From contig NW_024704742.1 of assembly GCF_018977255.1 (NCBI RefSeq), positions 53,012,001-53,076,000 of the forward strand: a stretch of 64,000 nucleotides of DNA. The letters run 5' to 3'. Positions 10,669 through 25,200 of this stretch are shown here, piece after piece. A program made the translations under genes and the position numbers. The notes beneath the pieces are model-generated. The model saw only the letters and a program-made list of their open reading frames with translations, searched no databases and was not told the DNA's origin. Position 1 is the stretch's first letter. Each line of letters opens with the position of its first letter. The DNA comes from Callorhinchus milii (Eukaryota).

Positions 10669-13600
10669 GACAGCAATGAAAAATACTGTATATACTATAG
10701 TTTGTAAAATGACCTTGTAAAGTGATTTGAAATATTCTTGAAATCAGAGAATGTGGTGTTGTTAACGTCCCCACCCAGCTTTGCCTATTCAGAAACTATT
10801 TGGAATGCATAAGCAATGAGGCTCTGCTGCTTATGTCATGTTGTCTTACAATTATCTGTTCTATCTACACTACTTTCTCTCTTTGTCTATTCTTGCTCAT
10901 GTGTTTTGCAACAGGCTTATTGCATATATTCTGCTCTTAAGGCTTTTCGCCTCAGATTCATCCAGTATGCAGCTTCTGGCTTTTCCCTTTATTGAATCAC
11001 AGATTGTTTACGTCACAAGAGTAGCTGAGTTAACCCAGATGATTCAGGATTCAGTTTTTTAATTGTCAGTTCTGGAAATAATGATTTGCTCCTCATTGAG
11101 TAAAATCTTGACCAGAAGTACCTTGTCCTATTAATAATAATTCTTGCATTTGATATACCACCAGCCAATTGCACACAGCAGTGTCCCACAAACATCATGT
11201 ATTGAGAAATAATTTTTTTTATATTGTTCTGAATGGCGGTGTTCAGTGCGATTTTAAGAGCACAAAATTGTGGTTTGATGGTACGTTGCAAAAATGGAAT
11301 AGTTTAGTTATTGAAAGATTTGCTCAAAAATAATTTTTTGGGGGCGGGAGGGTGATTTGGAAACAGATTAAATTCTTTATTTTCTCATAGTTACAGAAGC
11401 TTAAGAGACATGCGATTAAAAAAAAAAGGTGATTTAGTAAAATAGCTAGAGCTTGGCATAGACAAGATAGACAATGACTCTATGCAATGCAAAATAGTCT
11501 GTTTCCATAAATATTTCAAACTATGTTAAGCATCCTGTAATTCCATTATCACTATAGTGTAAATCATTCTTAAATTATTATGCTAATTCAATTTTACTCA
11601 CAAACACAGTCACAGTAAAGTTGCTTTGAGGTGTCTGTTCTGATAAGGTGCTTACTAAATGCAAGGATTATTATTGTTAATAATAAGATCAGCCAATGTA
11701 GCAATGATTTTAACAAGCTCACCAGCAATAAATGCTATACTGCACCATATGGTAAAATATGTTAAATATCTAAACTCTTGCGATTAATCAGTCTTTGGTT
11801 TCGAACTGACTGAAAAGTGTTGACATTTCAAATTTCTTCTGATAAGCGTTTTTGGAAATCAATCATCTGGTCCCTCAAAAGGTTGAGTACTCAGAGTTGA
11901 CTTATTGTAGTCACTGTACTCTTATTTCTGTAGGTATTCTGACAACAGGTAACTATGTTCATGCATGGTGGAGAAGCTAATAAACAATCCTTCTGATAGT
12001 TGAATAGATTGCGGTGAAATTGCCTATTTTAAGTTAGTTTACTATGAAAGCAACAACTGCATATTCCAATTTGATTTTAATATTTATACAATTTATATTT
12101 GGGCTGAGAGAGCTTTCCCCCACATGACAAAAGTTCACTGAGTTTTCCTTTTCACTGATTAACCAGTCTGTGAATATATAGTCAAAGATAAGTGTTTGCC
12201 CATTATTCCAGAATGTTACAAAGATCAGGAATGGGAGTTGCATTCCACAGTGGGAAATACAACTTTTAAAGCTCAGCACCAATATTATTGACGTACCTTA
12301 AGGCAATACATAAGTTGCTCCCTCTCCTAAGATGTCTCAAAACATACCTCTTTGCTTATGCTTTTGGTCATCTTTCCCCTCCCCACCCTCTCAGCTCCTA
12401 CCATCACTTCAAGCGCTCCAGGATGCTACCAAAAAACCCTTGCATTTGAAACAGCATCTTATTGATCTGAAACGGGGCTTTACATAAATGCAAATTGCTA
12501 TTTGTGACTAGGCAGAATTGTCAATTGCTGTAGGATGTCTTCCTGACTTGAAAGGGATTTACACAAATCTAGACTATGAACAATTAGCAACAATAACTTG
12601 CATTATATAGCGCCCTTCACACAGGGTAATGTCCCAGAGCATTTTTGTAAATGTAAGGTGCATAATATGTTTACACAAGGCACATAATGGAGCCAAATGG
12701 CTGCATGGCTTTGTTAACACATATTGTCAAAATCCCAGTTGTTAACTGATTTTACAATATTTTAGTCTTTCTTTGATGGCCTAGAAATAGTTAACAGAAA
12801 ATTCCAAGAACATGTATTGGTACTATAATGTTGTATTTTATTGCAGAAATGAATCGATAACAATACAAAATTCAGGAAATCAAGTAGTTTTGCAACATAT
12901 ATTCCCACAATGATCTCCTTCAAGTCCTGCCTCAAAACCCTCCTCTCCCTTCCCCTCCCCTCACCTTGGGTCTGAAATGCTGTACGCTGTCTAGTGCCTT
13001 GGGACGTCCTCCCGACATGAAAGGTGCCATACAAATATAATCTTGTTGTTGCTGCAGCATAACAGTTGATATTTATCAAACAATTAATAGAAAATTGTGT
13101 TTAGTCAGTACAGCTTTATTCCAAAGACACTATTACTGAGACACTAAAAACTTCAACCTCAAATACAGAATTAGTTTAATGAGGGAACATGATTTTTTTC
13201 TGGGACTTGGCATTAAATGAAAGGCAGACTTGATAATTAACAAAGATCCAAAGTAGAATTGATAAGACCGTTATTTTACACAAAATGATTGAAATTCAAA
13301 ACAAATTGATCAAACCCAAGAATGTACAGGCATAATAACATTGAATTGTCAAGCTGGCACAATTAATAGCATTACAGTTTTGGATGGCAACACTTATTGG
13401 GGTCAGTTTACTGGTACAATCAATATTCATCAAGTTAAATGTATTGTAGTAGTCAATAGAATTCTGATGAGAAAAACTTACCACTAAAATGGTCTCCCAT
13501 TATCAATGCAATGAATAGAAAGATACTAAACACCACACATAACTTAATAGTTATTGATTTCAAAACAGTAGATAATTTGGATTCCTACCAAAGACATTCC

Positions 13601-13704
13601 ACAGCTTAACGTGTCATACTGAAAAACTGTAGGTAAAATAACAAACCACTAAAAAGCACTTCTCAATTGTTAACACATTTTTGTAAATAGGGCCTACGGT
13701 ACAC

Positions 13705-14115
13705 CTCAGCCTGGCTCAGTGGTATCACCCTCACCTCCGAGTCAAAATGTTGCGAGTTCAAGGCCCACGTTGGGATTTGGAATCACATAGCCTAAGCTGA
13801 CACGACTATGCAGGGCTGGGGCTTTGTGCATTGTTGAAGGTGCCGATATTCGGATGAGATATTAAAACCCAAGATCACGTCTGCCTGTTCAGGTGGACGT
13901 TAAGGCACAATTCAAAAAGAGAAGGGAGTTTCTCCCAGTGTCCTGACCAACAATCCCCCAAATAAAACTGGTCACCCTCACCACGGCTGTTTGTGGGACA
14001 TGGATGCGCACAAAATGGCTGCTGCATTTCACTCACAAAATAGTCAGTCCACTTTACTGTATATCCTGTGAAGCGTTTTGAGAAGGCACTATATCAAATG
14101 CAAGGATTATTATTA
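13705..14115 (+). mobile_element. Older tRNA-headed DeuSINE with a full Deu domain
   Basis: GGTGCC...TCGGATGAGA...GTCTGCCTGTTCAGGTGGACGTTAA resembles the Deu domain of AmnSINE/SacSINE1; tail shared with the short SINE. Confidence 0.75.
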
Positions 14116-16024
14116 AACTTAAGTTTGGAGTAAATTTTATTTACATTTCACTTTTTGAACCAATTATTCCAATACATTAATAATTATAAACTTTACCTAA
14201 GATTGTACATACTCCTTTCATTAAATGTTTACATTTATGTTTTACAAAAAGGTCTTGAGCAGCTCAGTAACTGAGAAACTAACTATCCATAGTCAAGAAT
14301 CTACCATACTGTTTGAAGGACAGCTTGAAGTCTGTCAGAGATATGGTGAGGAAATGGAGTGGTAATAACTGAACAATGTTTCAATATTTAACCGTCAGAA
14401 TTTGCATGCAAAATACCTACAGCTCAAAGCGAAACATCAACATTTTATCATAATGTTGTATAATAATGATTTCCAGCACCTTGGGATGTTCTCCCGATGT
14501 GAAAGGCGCTACACAAATGTAATTTTGTATTGTATATCAAAAACAGTATCAAAATATTTCAGAATAGTCATAGGCTATGACTTATTCAAAAGGAAATGAT
14601 TCAGGTAGAAGTTCCAGAAAAATAATTATTTATTACAAATGTCTGAGTTACCAGTGATCGTAAATGGGAAAATTCTAAACGTTGGTTAGTTTAATCTGTT
14701 TGACATAAAAGTTACCAGAGACAATTAACAGACTCACTAAAGGATAGTCCGTATAGTTTTTCTAAGGTAAACATGATATCACATTTGAATTTGCTGAACA
14801 ATGAACTTCATCTATCAACACTCCAAAATCAAAAACAAGAGATTCAACATCTCTATCATCCATGAAGCAAAATGTACGGAACATAAGGTATTAAATCTCA
14901 TCGCTGTTTACAAAATAACTAAAATCGGAAGCCTCCCAGAAAAAACAGGAATAGCTCTTCTATTTTAGTTGCAAGGCACAACAGAAATAAACCCCATCTT
15001 AAGATACTCTATCTAGCTTTAGATGTTCAGAACATTGCTACATCTATAGTAATTAAACATAGTTTAGTATGTTAGAATGATACCTCTAAACACAAAAGTA
15101 TACAACTTTTCACTAAATAAAGCCCACTCTTCCTGCCAGATTATTTATTAAAATTCAGTTAACTAATCTCTTCCTCATTCTTCCTGTCATGTGGCACAGA
15201 ACTCGAGATTGCAATTTTGTCTATTGTGGGCGCTGTTTAGGGGGTATGTTCAGGTTGTAACAATTTATAGCATCACTCACTCATAGTACATTATAGCCTT
15301 GTACCATTTGCACCTTGTACAATTATCTATCACATCAGGAAATAAATGACTTACTCATGTGTTTTCAATAAGAGAACATTTCTTTTGGTACCAATACTGT
15401 GTGGATCTTATTGCGCATATATGCAGACAGACCACTCACTCTCTTTTCACGTGCCAATAACTTCCAGGTCATTAGGCTGTTACTAACATTTCCAGCAGTG
15501 AGCTGATAACTCAGAAGTTAGCCACCTTAGCTTTCTGTGTTAAAAAAAAGACCAGACTCCAGGTTATCTGTCCGCTGCCAACGTCACTTGCTCTTTACCC
15601 GTAAAATAAGAAGTGCCATTAGCAGTATCCTGATGTCTCAGAAATCAGACTTTTTTTTATATATAAATGCAGGAACCAGCCAGTGTATAGAGAGTGAACT
15701 GGGCACTTGTATACATACGCGGTTAAATCAGTTATTGAGTCTCACTATAGAGCAGGTTGGGATTTTGTGGATCACAAACAACCACATTATAACTGGATCC
15801 ACTGCACTGTGCATGTTCAAATGGACTATCATTAATAATATAGAATGCATCAAACACAATGTGGTTTATAAAAAGCAAGAAATTGCACAAGTAGACTGTG
15901 AGAACACTGAACTGCTACACTTGGATAAAAAAATTATAGGTTGCTCATTGAGAACACATTAATAATGGTGTCGTATGGTTTATTCACATCTCCAACAGTT
16001 TTGCTGGTGAATGACGTAGAATCT

Positions 16025-16209
16025 TTACCATTCTAGCTCCACTGGGTATTTCCCTGTGAGACAGGCTGTACAATGACCTATTTGTTTGGGGGAAGATTTA
16101 CTGTCATTGTCACCATTACTGATGATGGAATTTGGTCGCAGACTTTTACTCCCTTCCTGTACAGCTGAAAGCAACCCATCGACAGAGAGATACACCACAC
16201 TGTTTGCAC
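16025..16209 (-). CDS. PPAT: PPAT exon 11 (stop)
   Basis: [10 protein letters not shown]...[17 protein letters not shown]. Confidence 0.96.
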
Positions 16210-19200
16210 CTGAAAAATAGAATTCAAGATTTTTTTTAAAAAAAAGCTGATAAACCTCAGGAGAACAACAAACAAATGGTAATTGATCAGGTTATTCAGG
16301 CTCTGATTTTACCTTATCAGTTTCAATACTGAAAAGGATACTCATTGGAATCAGAAATATTTTATTTAATTGTTTGCTCTTAATTCAGATAGAGGTGACA
16401 CTTGGGTCAAGTACTACACGTGGAGAGAATAAAAAAAACACTATTGCAGACTTGATGATCCAAACATCCCGTTTTGGTTTTTATCTTGTAAACATTGCCT
16501 GATCATCACTGAACCACCCCACCTCCTCGGAGTTTAACAGCAAATTTATTACAATTCAAATGAAAAACCCACAACTAACCTATATAGCCAGCAAGGTCCT
16601 CAAACTCTGGTTTGTTCGCAATTAGTTCTTCCTTTGTTGGAATATTGATTCCCATGTAACAAGGAAACCTTATTGGAGGTGAAGCGACACGTATGTGTAC
16701 CTGTAATGGTTGAGAAGTCCAGCATACATTTAACAGGAAAAATAGAAAGCTTTGATTGAAATATTATGTGTAATTGAATTTATACAAAACCTTAGTTAGA
16801 CCACATTTTGGAGTTGTGCCCAATGCTGGTCTCCACACTATAAGAGTATAGCAGCTATGGATAGAGTAGTGTAGATTTATGAGTCGCTATCAGGACTGGA
16901 AGGTTATTCCTATCAGTACAGACCAGCCAGTTTAGTCTTTTTATGCTAAAGAGACTTTAAAGGGGACCTAATAGAAGTGTTTAAAATTATGAAAGGGTCC
17001 GATAAGGTTAACATAAATAAGCTGTTTCCAATGGTTGAGGTGTTCAAATCCAGGGGACACAAGTATAAATGAGCAACTAGGGGATCTACGAGAATTTAGG
17101 AGACTGCTTCACTCAGAGGGTAGCGATATTATGGAAGTCGCTACTTGGAGTGGTGCTTAAATCAGTCATCGGTGCATTCAAGAGGAATGCTAGTACTTTT
17201 ACATGAGGGAGAGGGAAATAGAAGGGTGTGGGACAGAGAGCAAGGAATGGGTGAAGACCTGGGCCCATAGAAAAATGCAGCTGCACTTTTTCTGTGCTAT
17301 CCGCTAAAAACCTATGAAAATGCAGTTTGCTCAACCCCAGGCCTCTGTACACCGGTGCCAGCAGTTTAATCGGCACCACTACTGTTGGCAGCTCAGGACA
17401 CACATACAGGAGTGGGAAATGGGCTTTGCTCACCCTGAGGCACCATTGTTGAGATTGTCTATGTGTCTCTCTCCTTTGTATGTGTGTGTGTCTGTACCTC
17501 TTGTCTGTGTGCATGTTTGTGAGTGTGTGTGTGTGTCTCTCTGTCTGCGTGTGACTATGTGAGTGTCTGTGAATGTGTGTCTCTGTAAGCACATGTATGT
17601 CTCTTTCTGTGTCTGTGAGTGGGTGTATTTTCCTCCCCGTCTGTGAGTGGGTGTCTTTCTCCATATCTGTAATTGTCTCTGTATGTGAGTGTGTCTCTCT
17701 GGGTGTGTGCGCGTATGTTTCTCCGGGTCTGTGTGTGTATGTCTTCTGGGTCTGCGTGTGTGTTGGCGGCCCCAAGAGGCAGGAGGTGGTGGAGCCCCGC
17801 AGTTTGGATACTGGCAAGCAATGCTGTTGTTTTAGCAGATCTCCAACAATCGTAATATGTATTATTTCTTCATCTTTAGTTTTTATCAATAAAGTGAAAA
17901 CATGTAGGCAGTAAAATGTACTTCTCAACAGCTCCAATCAACCCTGGCAATTTTCTGGAAATTTGTCAAATTTGCTCCCAATTTCCCTCAAAATGTCTAA
18001 TTTTTAATCAAATAATTCTGTAATATTCTATTGTCCCCGGTGAAGTCTCATGTGGAGTATAACCACCAGTATTGGGCCGAGTGACCTGTTTCCATGCTAA
18101 CTTTTTATACATTTATTTAGAAAAATATTAATGTCTTAACCTGATCTTTAGCTGTAAAACAGGCAACATAATTTCACATGCTTCTGCTTAACAATTTGTT
18201 CAAAGAATTGCTGAATGCAAGCCTGTAGATTGATGCTGCAATCTATTGCAGTTAAGTAAATGACCTTTTTAAATTATTTATATTTGACTAAACACTGAAT
18301 TCTAATGTATTTAAAACAGTGCCAAAATTAGAAAATCATTTAAATAAAAAAACATAACTTGTTTTCTGGCTTCCTTTTTAATTACCTCTTTGGCACCTGC
18401 TTCCTTCAGGACCTTGATGATTGGAGAAATAGTATTTCCACGTACAATAGAATCATCTATCAGCACGATCCTCTTTCCAGCAAAGTTATCACTTAGTGCT
18501 CCAAATTTTTGAGCCACTCCAAGCTGACGTAATCTTGTATTTGGTTGAATAAATGTTCTGCCTACGTAGCGGTTTTTGCAGAGTACTTCCACATAAGGCA
18601 GTCCTGCCTAAAACAAATAAAATATTGAGGAGATAAAAAAAATAAAGTAGCAGGATCTAAGGTCATGTTGTTTTCAACCTCCATTAGTCAAACAAACCAA
18701 ACCCAAGTATCATAATTGTAGGATAATTATGATACCATTTGAGAATAAGATTATTGACTTGATTATTGTAATATTTAAGAAGGTTATTTTAAGATTATCG
18801 GAGGTGAAATCTTAAATACTCTGAAAATGCTAATTTATAAGCAGACTGTGATTTTAAACCTTCAGCAACAAAAATCAAAACATACCACAATTATAACAAT
18901 ATCTAAATATAGAACATCTCATCAGCAAAATATGAGTGACAAGCATGGAAAATCCAACATTTTGTGCTTCTTGCTTTTTAAATATATTTTAGTGTTTATT
19001 CATTGGCTTTTTTTTGACTTCCCATCACGGGCTCTGAATAGCTCCACACAAAATCCATTTCACCCACTTTAAACATTTCATGTTGTGAATTCCTATATAT
19101 ATTAATTCATATTCTTCTGTCGTTCTGTTTACAGTTTATTAAAATTTTCAGTGGAAATAATTTTGCCAAAAAATCTGCCAATTTCTAAAATATATGAAGA

Positions 19201-22200
19201 TTTTGTAAATTATAATAATCCTTGCATTTTGTACTGTCAGAAGAACATCTCAAAGCTCTTCACATGATTTACTTCAAAAGTGGAATGACTGTATTTGTAG
19301 GCAAATACAGCAGTCCATTTGCACACAATGTCCTATAAATAGCCATGAAGTTAATGACCAATTTTATTCGGCGGATTGTTGGCCAGGACACTGGAAGAAA
19401 CTCCACCAAATTACATTCTTACGCATCTTTTACATTTCACCAATAGTACCAATATGTTCCCAGACCAGTTCAATAAGCTGCTAAGAATACATAAGGCAGA
19501 CTTTGCCTTTATTTTCCACCCCATGCCCCAAACTTTTCCATCCTTTGTTGTACTACTGTACCCCAACAGTTAGTGAATTGTTGTTTGTGCTTTAATATTC
19601 ATAATGCAGCTGTCAAATGTTTTTGTTTTTCAGCAAACAATTCAATGAACTAATATTATCTCCCTCTACTCTTGTATTGAAATAAATTATTCTCCTTACC
19701 TCTTGTGCATAACCAAGTGCTGCTGGAGTTGCAGATTCAGGAACTGTGCTGACCAAGTCTGCATCTACCGGAGCCTCAATGGCAAGCTGATGACCACAGC
19801 GACGCCTGACAGTATATACCATTTGTCCTTAGAATTAAAATCCATTTAAATTAGAATAAAACATAAATTACGAAAATAACAACATTACATTTGTATAGCG
19901 CCTTTCACGTCGGGAGGACGTCCCAAGGAGCCGGACAGTGTACAGCATTTCAGACCCGAGCTGGGGTCAGGGAGGTGACCGATGGCATAGTCGAAGAGGA
20001 GGGTTTTGAGGCGGGACTTAAAGGAGGCTAAGGAGGGGGTGAGGCGGAGTGACTGGGGGATGAGATTCCAGAGGTTGGGGGCAGAGTGACTGAAGGCTCT
20101 CCCGCCCATGGTGGGGCGGGTGGGTCGCGGGAAGTAGAGCAGGCCAGAGCCGGCTGAGCGGAGGAAGCGGGCGGGTTGGTAGGAGGTTAGGGGGTCGCAG
20201 AGGTAGGGTGGGGCGAAGCCATGGAGGGCTTTGTAGGTGAGAACCAGGATCTTGAATTGGATCCTCTGAAGAATAAGGAGCCAAAGGAATCGGGCAAGAA
20301 TGGGGGAAATGGGGGTCACCGAGTTTTGTGCGGACGAGGACACGGGCTGCAGAGTTCTGGATTATCTGCAGCCTGTGGAGGGAGGAGTTGGGAAGGCCGA
20401 CAAGCAGGGTATTTGCATAGTCGAGCCTGAAGGTAATGAAGGCATGAACAAGAGTTTCATCGACCTGAGGGGTGAGGTAGTGGTGGAGTCGGGTGATGTT
20501 ACGGAGGTGAGGGAAGGCAGAACAGGTCATGGCTTGGAAGTATGGAGAAGACAGTTGAGGGTTGAACAAGACACCTAGGTTCCTGACTGGCTTGGTGAGT
20601 TGAAGTGTGCAACCATGGAGGTTGATACTACCAGAGGTTGAGGTGCAAAGGCGCTGGCGTGAGCCAATCAGGAGAACCTCAGTTTTGTTCACATTGAACT
20701 GTAGGAAATTCGCCCTCATCCAGGACTTGATGTCCGACAGACAGTCTGTCAGGACAGCAGTGGTCCTGGGGTTGAGGACGGAGGCAGAAAGATAGAGTTG
20801 GGTGTCATCTGCATACATATGGAAGTTGACCCCATGTCTGTGGATGATGTCACTAAGGGGGAGCATGTAGTTGTTAAAGAGGAGAGGGTCAAGGACAGAG
20901 CCCTGGGGGACACCAGATGTGAGTGCGGGGGCTGGAGGAGAAACCGTTAGAGGCAACAAAGTGGAGACGGTGATAGGGACAGGAATCGAACCAGGCAAGG
21001 GCAGGTCCGTGAAGATTGAGTAAAGAGGAGAGGCGGTGTATGAGGATGGAGTGGTCGACAGTGTCGAAGGCGACAGAGTGGTCGAGGAGGACAAGGAGGC
21101 AGAGGGAGCCCTGATCACAGATGTTCAGAATGTCATTAGTGACTTTGACCAGGGCTGTTTCCGTGCTGTGGGCAGAACGGAAGTCGGATTGGAGGGATTC
21201 AAAGAGGGAATGGTGAGAGAGAAAGGAGTGGAGCTGGGACGCAACGACTCGTTCCAGGACCTTGGAGAGGAATGGGAGGTTGGAGATGGGGCGGTAACTG
21301 GAGAGGAGGGATAGGTCCAGGGAAGGTTTTTTCAGGATGGGGGTGATGACGGCTGTTTTTAGGGGGGTGGGAACTGAACCGGTGGGCAAGGAGAGGTTTG
21401 TGATATCGGACAGGAGAGGGACCAGAAGGTGGAGATGAGGAGAGAGGTGGGGATGGGTTTGAGGGAGCAGGTGGTGAGTTTGAGTTTGCGAACGGTGGTG
21501 GTAAGGGAGGAGGGAGAGATAGGATCGAAGGAGTATAGGGGGGGATGGGTGGGGGGTTGGTCATGAGGGAGAGGTGATGTGGGGGTGGCGGTGGATGGGG
21601 TAGAGGTGGCTGAAAGTATCACCTCGATTTGGGATTCAAGGAAGTCCAGCATCTCCTCAAAGTTGGAGTTTGAGGAGAGGATGGGCGAGGAATGGGAAGG
21701 TGGACAGAGGAGACGGTTTGTGGTGGAAAACAGAAGCCTGGGGTTGTCCTTTGCCTTAAGATAACCTTGGTGTAGAAGGAGGATTGAGCGGAGGCAAGAG
21801 TGCAGTGGTAGGTTTTTCTGCCGATGGACCGTTAGTTTAGATTTGGTCCAGGTGCGTTCAGCAGCTTGAACTTGTGCCTTGAGGGAACAGAGATGGCTGG
21901 TGTACTCGGGGATTTATGGGAGTATGAGGCAGTTCGGGAGGTGAGGGGGGGCAAGGGAGTCCAGAATGGAGGAGAGGGAGTTGTGGAGAAGAGAGTGAGG
22001 AGGGGAGATCAGTCAGTGAGGGCCAGAGGTGTAGGAGTTCAGATGACTCCAGGGCAGTGGAGAGGGAGGACATTTTTTTCCCCACAGACGCTATGTGATG
22101 GTAGAGGGCTGAGAAAGGGGAAGGGGTACTGAGGTGTTGAGGGAAGATGAAGTGATGGTCTGAGATCGCTTTGTTGATGATGGTGATATCCGAGACGATG

Positions 22201-25200
22201 AGACCCCGGGTGATCAGCAGGTCAAGAGAGTGGCCACAGTCGTGGGTGGAGGAGTGGATGAGGAGTGAAAGGTTAAGGCAAGAGAGGGAGGAGGTCGGCA
22301 GAGGGGGGTGAAGTGGAGGTTGAAGTCGCCTAAGATTAGGAAGCGTTCAGAGCAGAGGGAGAGGGAAGATAGGAGGGTGGAGATGTCCAAGAGGAAGGTG
22401 GGGGAAGGCTTGGGGGGGACGGTAAACCAGGAAGATTTTGAGGGAAAGCCTGGAGGGGTGGTAGAAGGTAAGGTGTTCAAAGGAGGGGAAGGTTCCCGAG
22501 GAGTAAGGGGAAAGGCCGAGGGGGGAGCAGGAGATGAGAGCCACACCACCGCGATTGTAACCTGGTGTGGCCTCAACTAGTGGGAAGGTGTCCCCTGGGG
22601 TGACCCAGGTTTCGGTGAGAACGAGGATGTCAATGTTTTCCTCGACGGTGAGGTCATGGATTGTGAGGGATTATTTGTTAGTGAGCGGACGTTCTGCAGA
22701 CTGATGCGGAGGGGACAGTTAGTGGTGGGATGGTGGGGGAGATGAGGGGGGGAGGGGGTGGGCAGACTGGTTGGATGGGGATGTGAGTAAGGGAGGAAAG
22801 TTTGGCTCTCATGGGTGAGGGCCGGTGGGCCTTGTGGTGAGAGTGGGGGAAGGGGCAGTCAGGGTGGGTGCTGTAGGACAGCCGACAGCGTCTACCACAG
22901 TGGGCACAACGGCAATAAATGTTCAATTCAGAAATAGTTCCGTATCGTTGTGAAATAATTGCCTGGAATATTTCCATAACAACAACAATTTGCATTTGTT
23001 ATAGCGCCTTTCACAGCAGGAGGACATCTCACACCACTTAACTTTAAACACATCATTATTATAAATCAAGGTGTGAAAAGAGCAGTTTTAGGAATGTGGA
23101 AAAGAAAAACTAATGCATGATTGTTCAGTTTTGAGATTATATCATAGGATGCTTGGAGATATTGAGGTCAGGCCAACACAGTGCAATTTTATTTAACACC
23201 GCCTTCTTTTGGCACACTGCATACTTCATTATTATGTGGTTCAAAATAAATTGTAATGGCAGACAAGTTTACTAGATCATGTTTTTAAATCTTTCATAAA
23301 GCAAATACCTGGTGCAAGATGGTGCAAATAAACCTATATTTTCAAACAATTCCAATTTCTTTGCGACTATTTTAATTTAGGACTTTGAACCATGAAACAG
23401 AGTATTTACACTCAAATTATAGCAGGAAATAATAAATATGATTGTGTAGCACCTTATTGAAAATTCTGAATTACCTTCAAATATGGAGTCAGGTCTGGCA
23501 AAATAAACATATTCAAAAATACAGAATGCAGGAGGATCTCCTCCAGGTCTTGGTACACGGTCAAGTGTTTTAATTCCATGCTTAGAAATCTGTACAATTT
23601 CCCCAGGTAATACTTCACGGTAATATCTAGAAAGAGAAAACAGAAATGCTTAAAGGTTCTACCAAGCAATAACTACTGAGGTTTCTTCCCTCAAAATCTA
23701 ATTACAGAAAAAAAAGAGCAGCAGGTGATTGCACTAAGAAGCTTAGTAGGACTAGTTTTTTCTGGCAAATAGATTCATAATCATGGTATATTATTTTGCA
23801 GGTATCTGCTAGGAAGCCGACTGCTGTCTATGTTGCTAAAATGTTTGCCAGTTTTTTTTCCCCCCAGAGTCTGACAGTCCTGTTGCACTCCCCAATATCA
23901 GCACTTACTCTTTTAGTCATTTAAACAATTTTGCCAGCCCAAGACATCAAAAATATCTCAAAGCACTTCACACAGCAGTGTAAAGTGTAGCAACTGCATT
24001 TCTAAGCGACTACAGATACCAATTTGTACACAGGAAACAGCCATGAAGTGAATGACCAATTTTATCTGAGGACCTGGATAAGACAATGGGAGAAATTCCC
24101 TTCTCCCTTTCGAATACTGCCAGGGGATCTTTAACCTTTACCTGAGGAAGCAAGCAGAACCTCAGTTTAACATGTCATTTAAAGGAAGCCACTTCCAACA
24201 ATAAAGTGTTCCTTCAGCAGACAATGAGCTCAACGTCTTGACCTGGGGCTTCTGACCCATTATCTAAGCAAGGCTGACATTTAACTCATAACAACTAATA
24301 GGAGATCCCACAACTACACAACTAGCTGAAGGACATTGCAATTTAACTTTTCATGTGATCAAAATATACTTTAAAACTACAGTACTGACAATGGGGAAAG
24401 TAATGAAAAACTGATCAGTCATCAGTTCATTCTCATATTTTTTCAATCCCCGTCCATCTTCAGGTCCACTGCAATTTGTAAATAAATGCAATCTATATGT
24501 ACTCTGCTATTCAGAAAGCGGCAATGAGGAATTGCAAGAGTATTACTTTTTGCCAATTAGTAACCTTACCCTTGGATACAGAAAGCAGTATTTTTCAAAT
24601 AAAGACATTTTATCTATAATGGGGATTTACTGTGTACAAATTGGCTACTGTGTTTGCACGCAGGGTAGTCACTCTGCTTTACTGTATATCCTGTGAAGTG
24701 CTTTGTGGTGGCCTTCTGATGTGAAAGGTGACAAATCAAATGGAAAGATTATTATTCCCATCTCCCAAATGTCAGTTATTTTTTCACCAAAAGTGATAAC
24801 CCACCAGAATATTCAGTAATATTCTGGTATACAGTAAGACCCCAGTGTGTTTGAGTTAATTAAATCAGACCCTGCATTATATACAGGTCGTGTTATAAAA
24901 CATCGGCTGCCGTTCATTGCTCCGGGATCACCAGATTACCACGGACATCACTAAAATAAACGGGCCTGTCAGCAACAATCTCTCCAGTGAGCATATCCAG
25001 CAGCTGGATGCAGAGGATGTGAGCCAGTCAACCGAGAGCACTTCTGGTATAATGTCCACGGTGCACCCTTGTTATAAATGATACATACTAAATATAACAG
25101 GGTCTGATTGCCGTTTCACTGGGAGAATTTATTTGTACAAAATTCTAAACGATGTATGAAAAACAGTGGTAATTCATACTCAAAAAATGTGCACACACTC

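Noticed and set aside
15537..15962. 141-aa plus-strand ORF
   Set aside because: Antisense to the PPAT 3' UTR, no true ATG start and no recognisable motif
17113..17937. 274-aa His/Thr-rich ORF
   Set aside because: Translation of a TG-rich repeat plus a CR1 remnant inside a PPAT intron
20018..21389. Reverse transcriptase ORFs as a domesticated or active gene
   Set aside because: Several frameshifts and deletions; an ordinary decayed L2 copy
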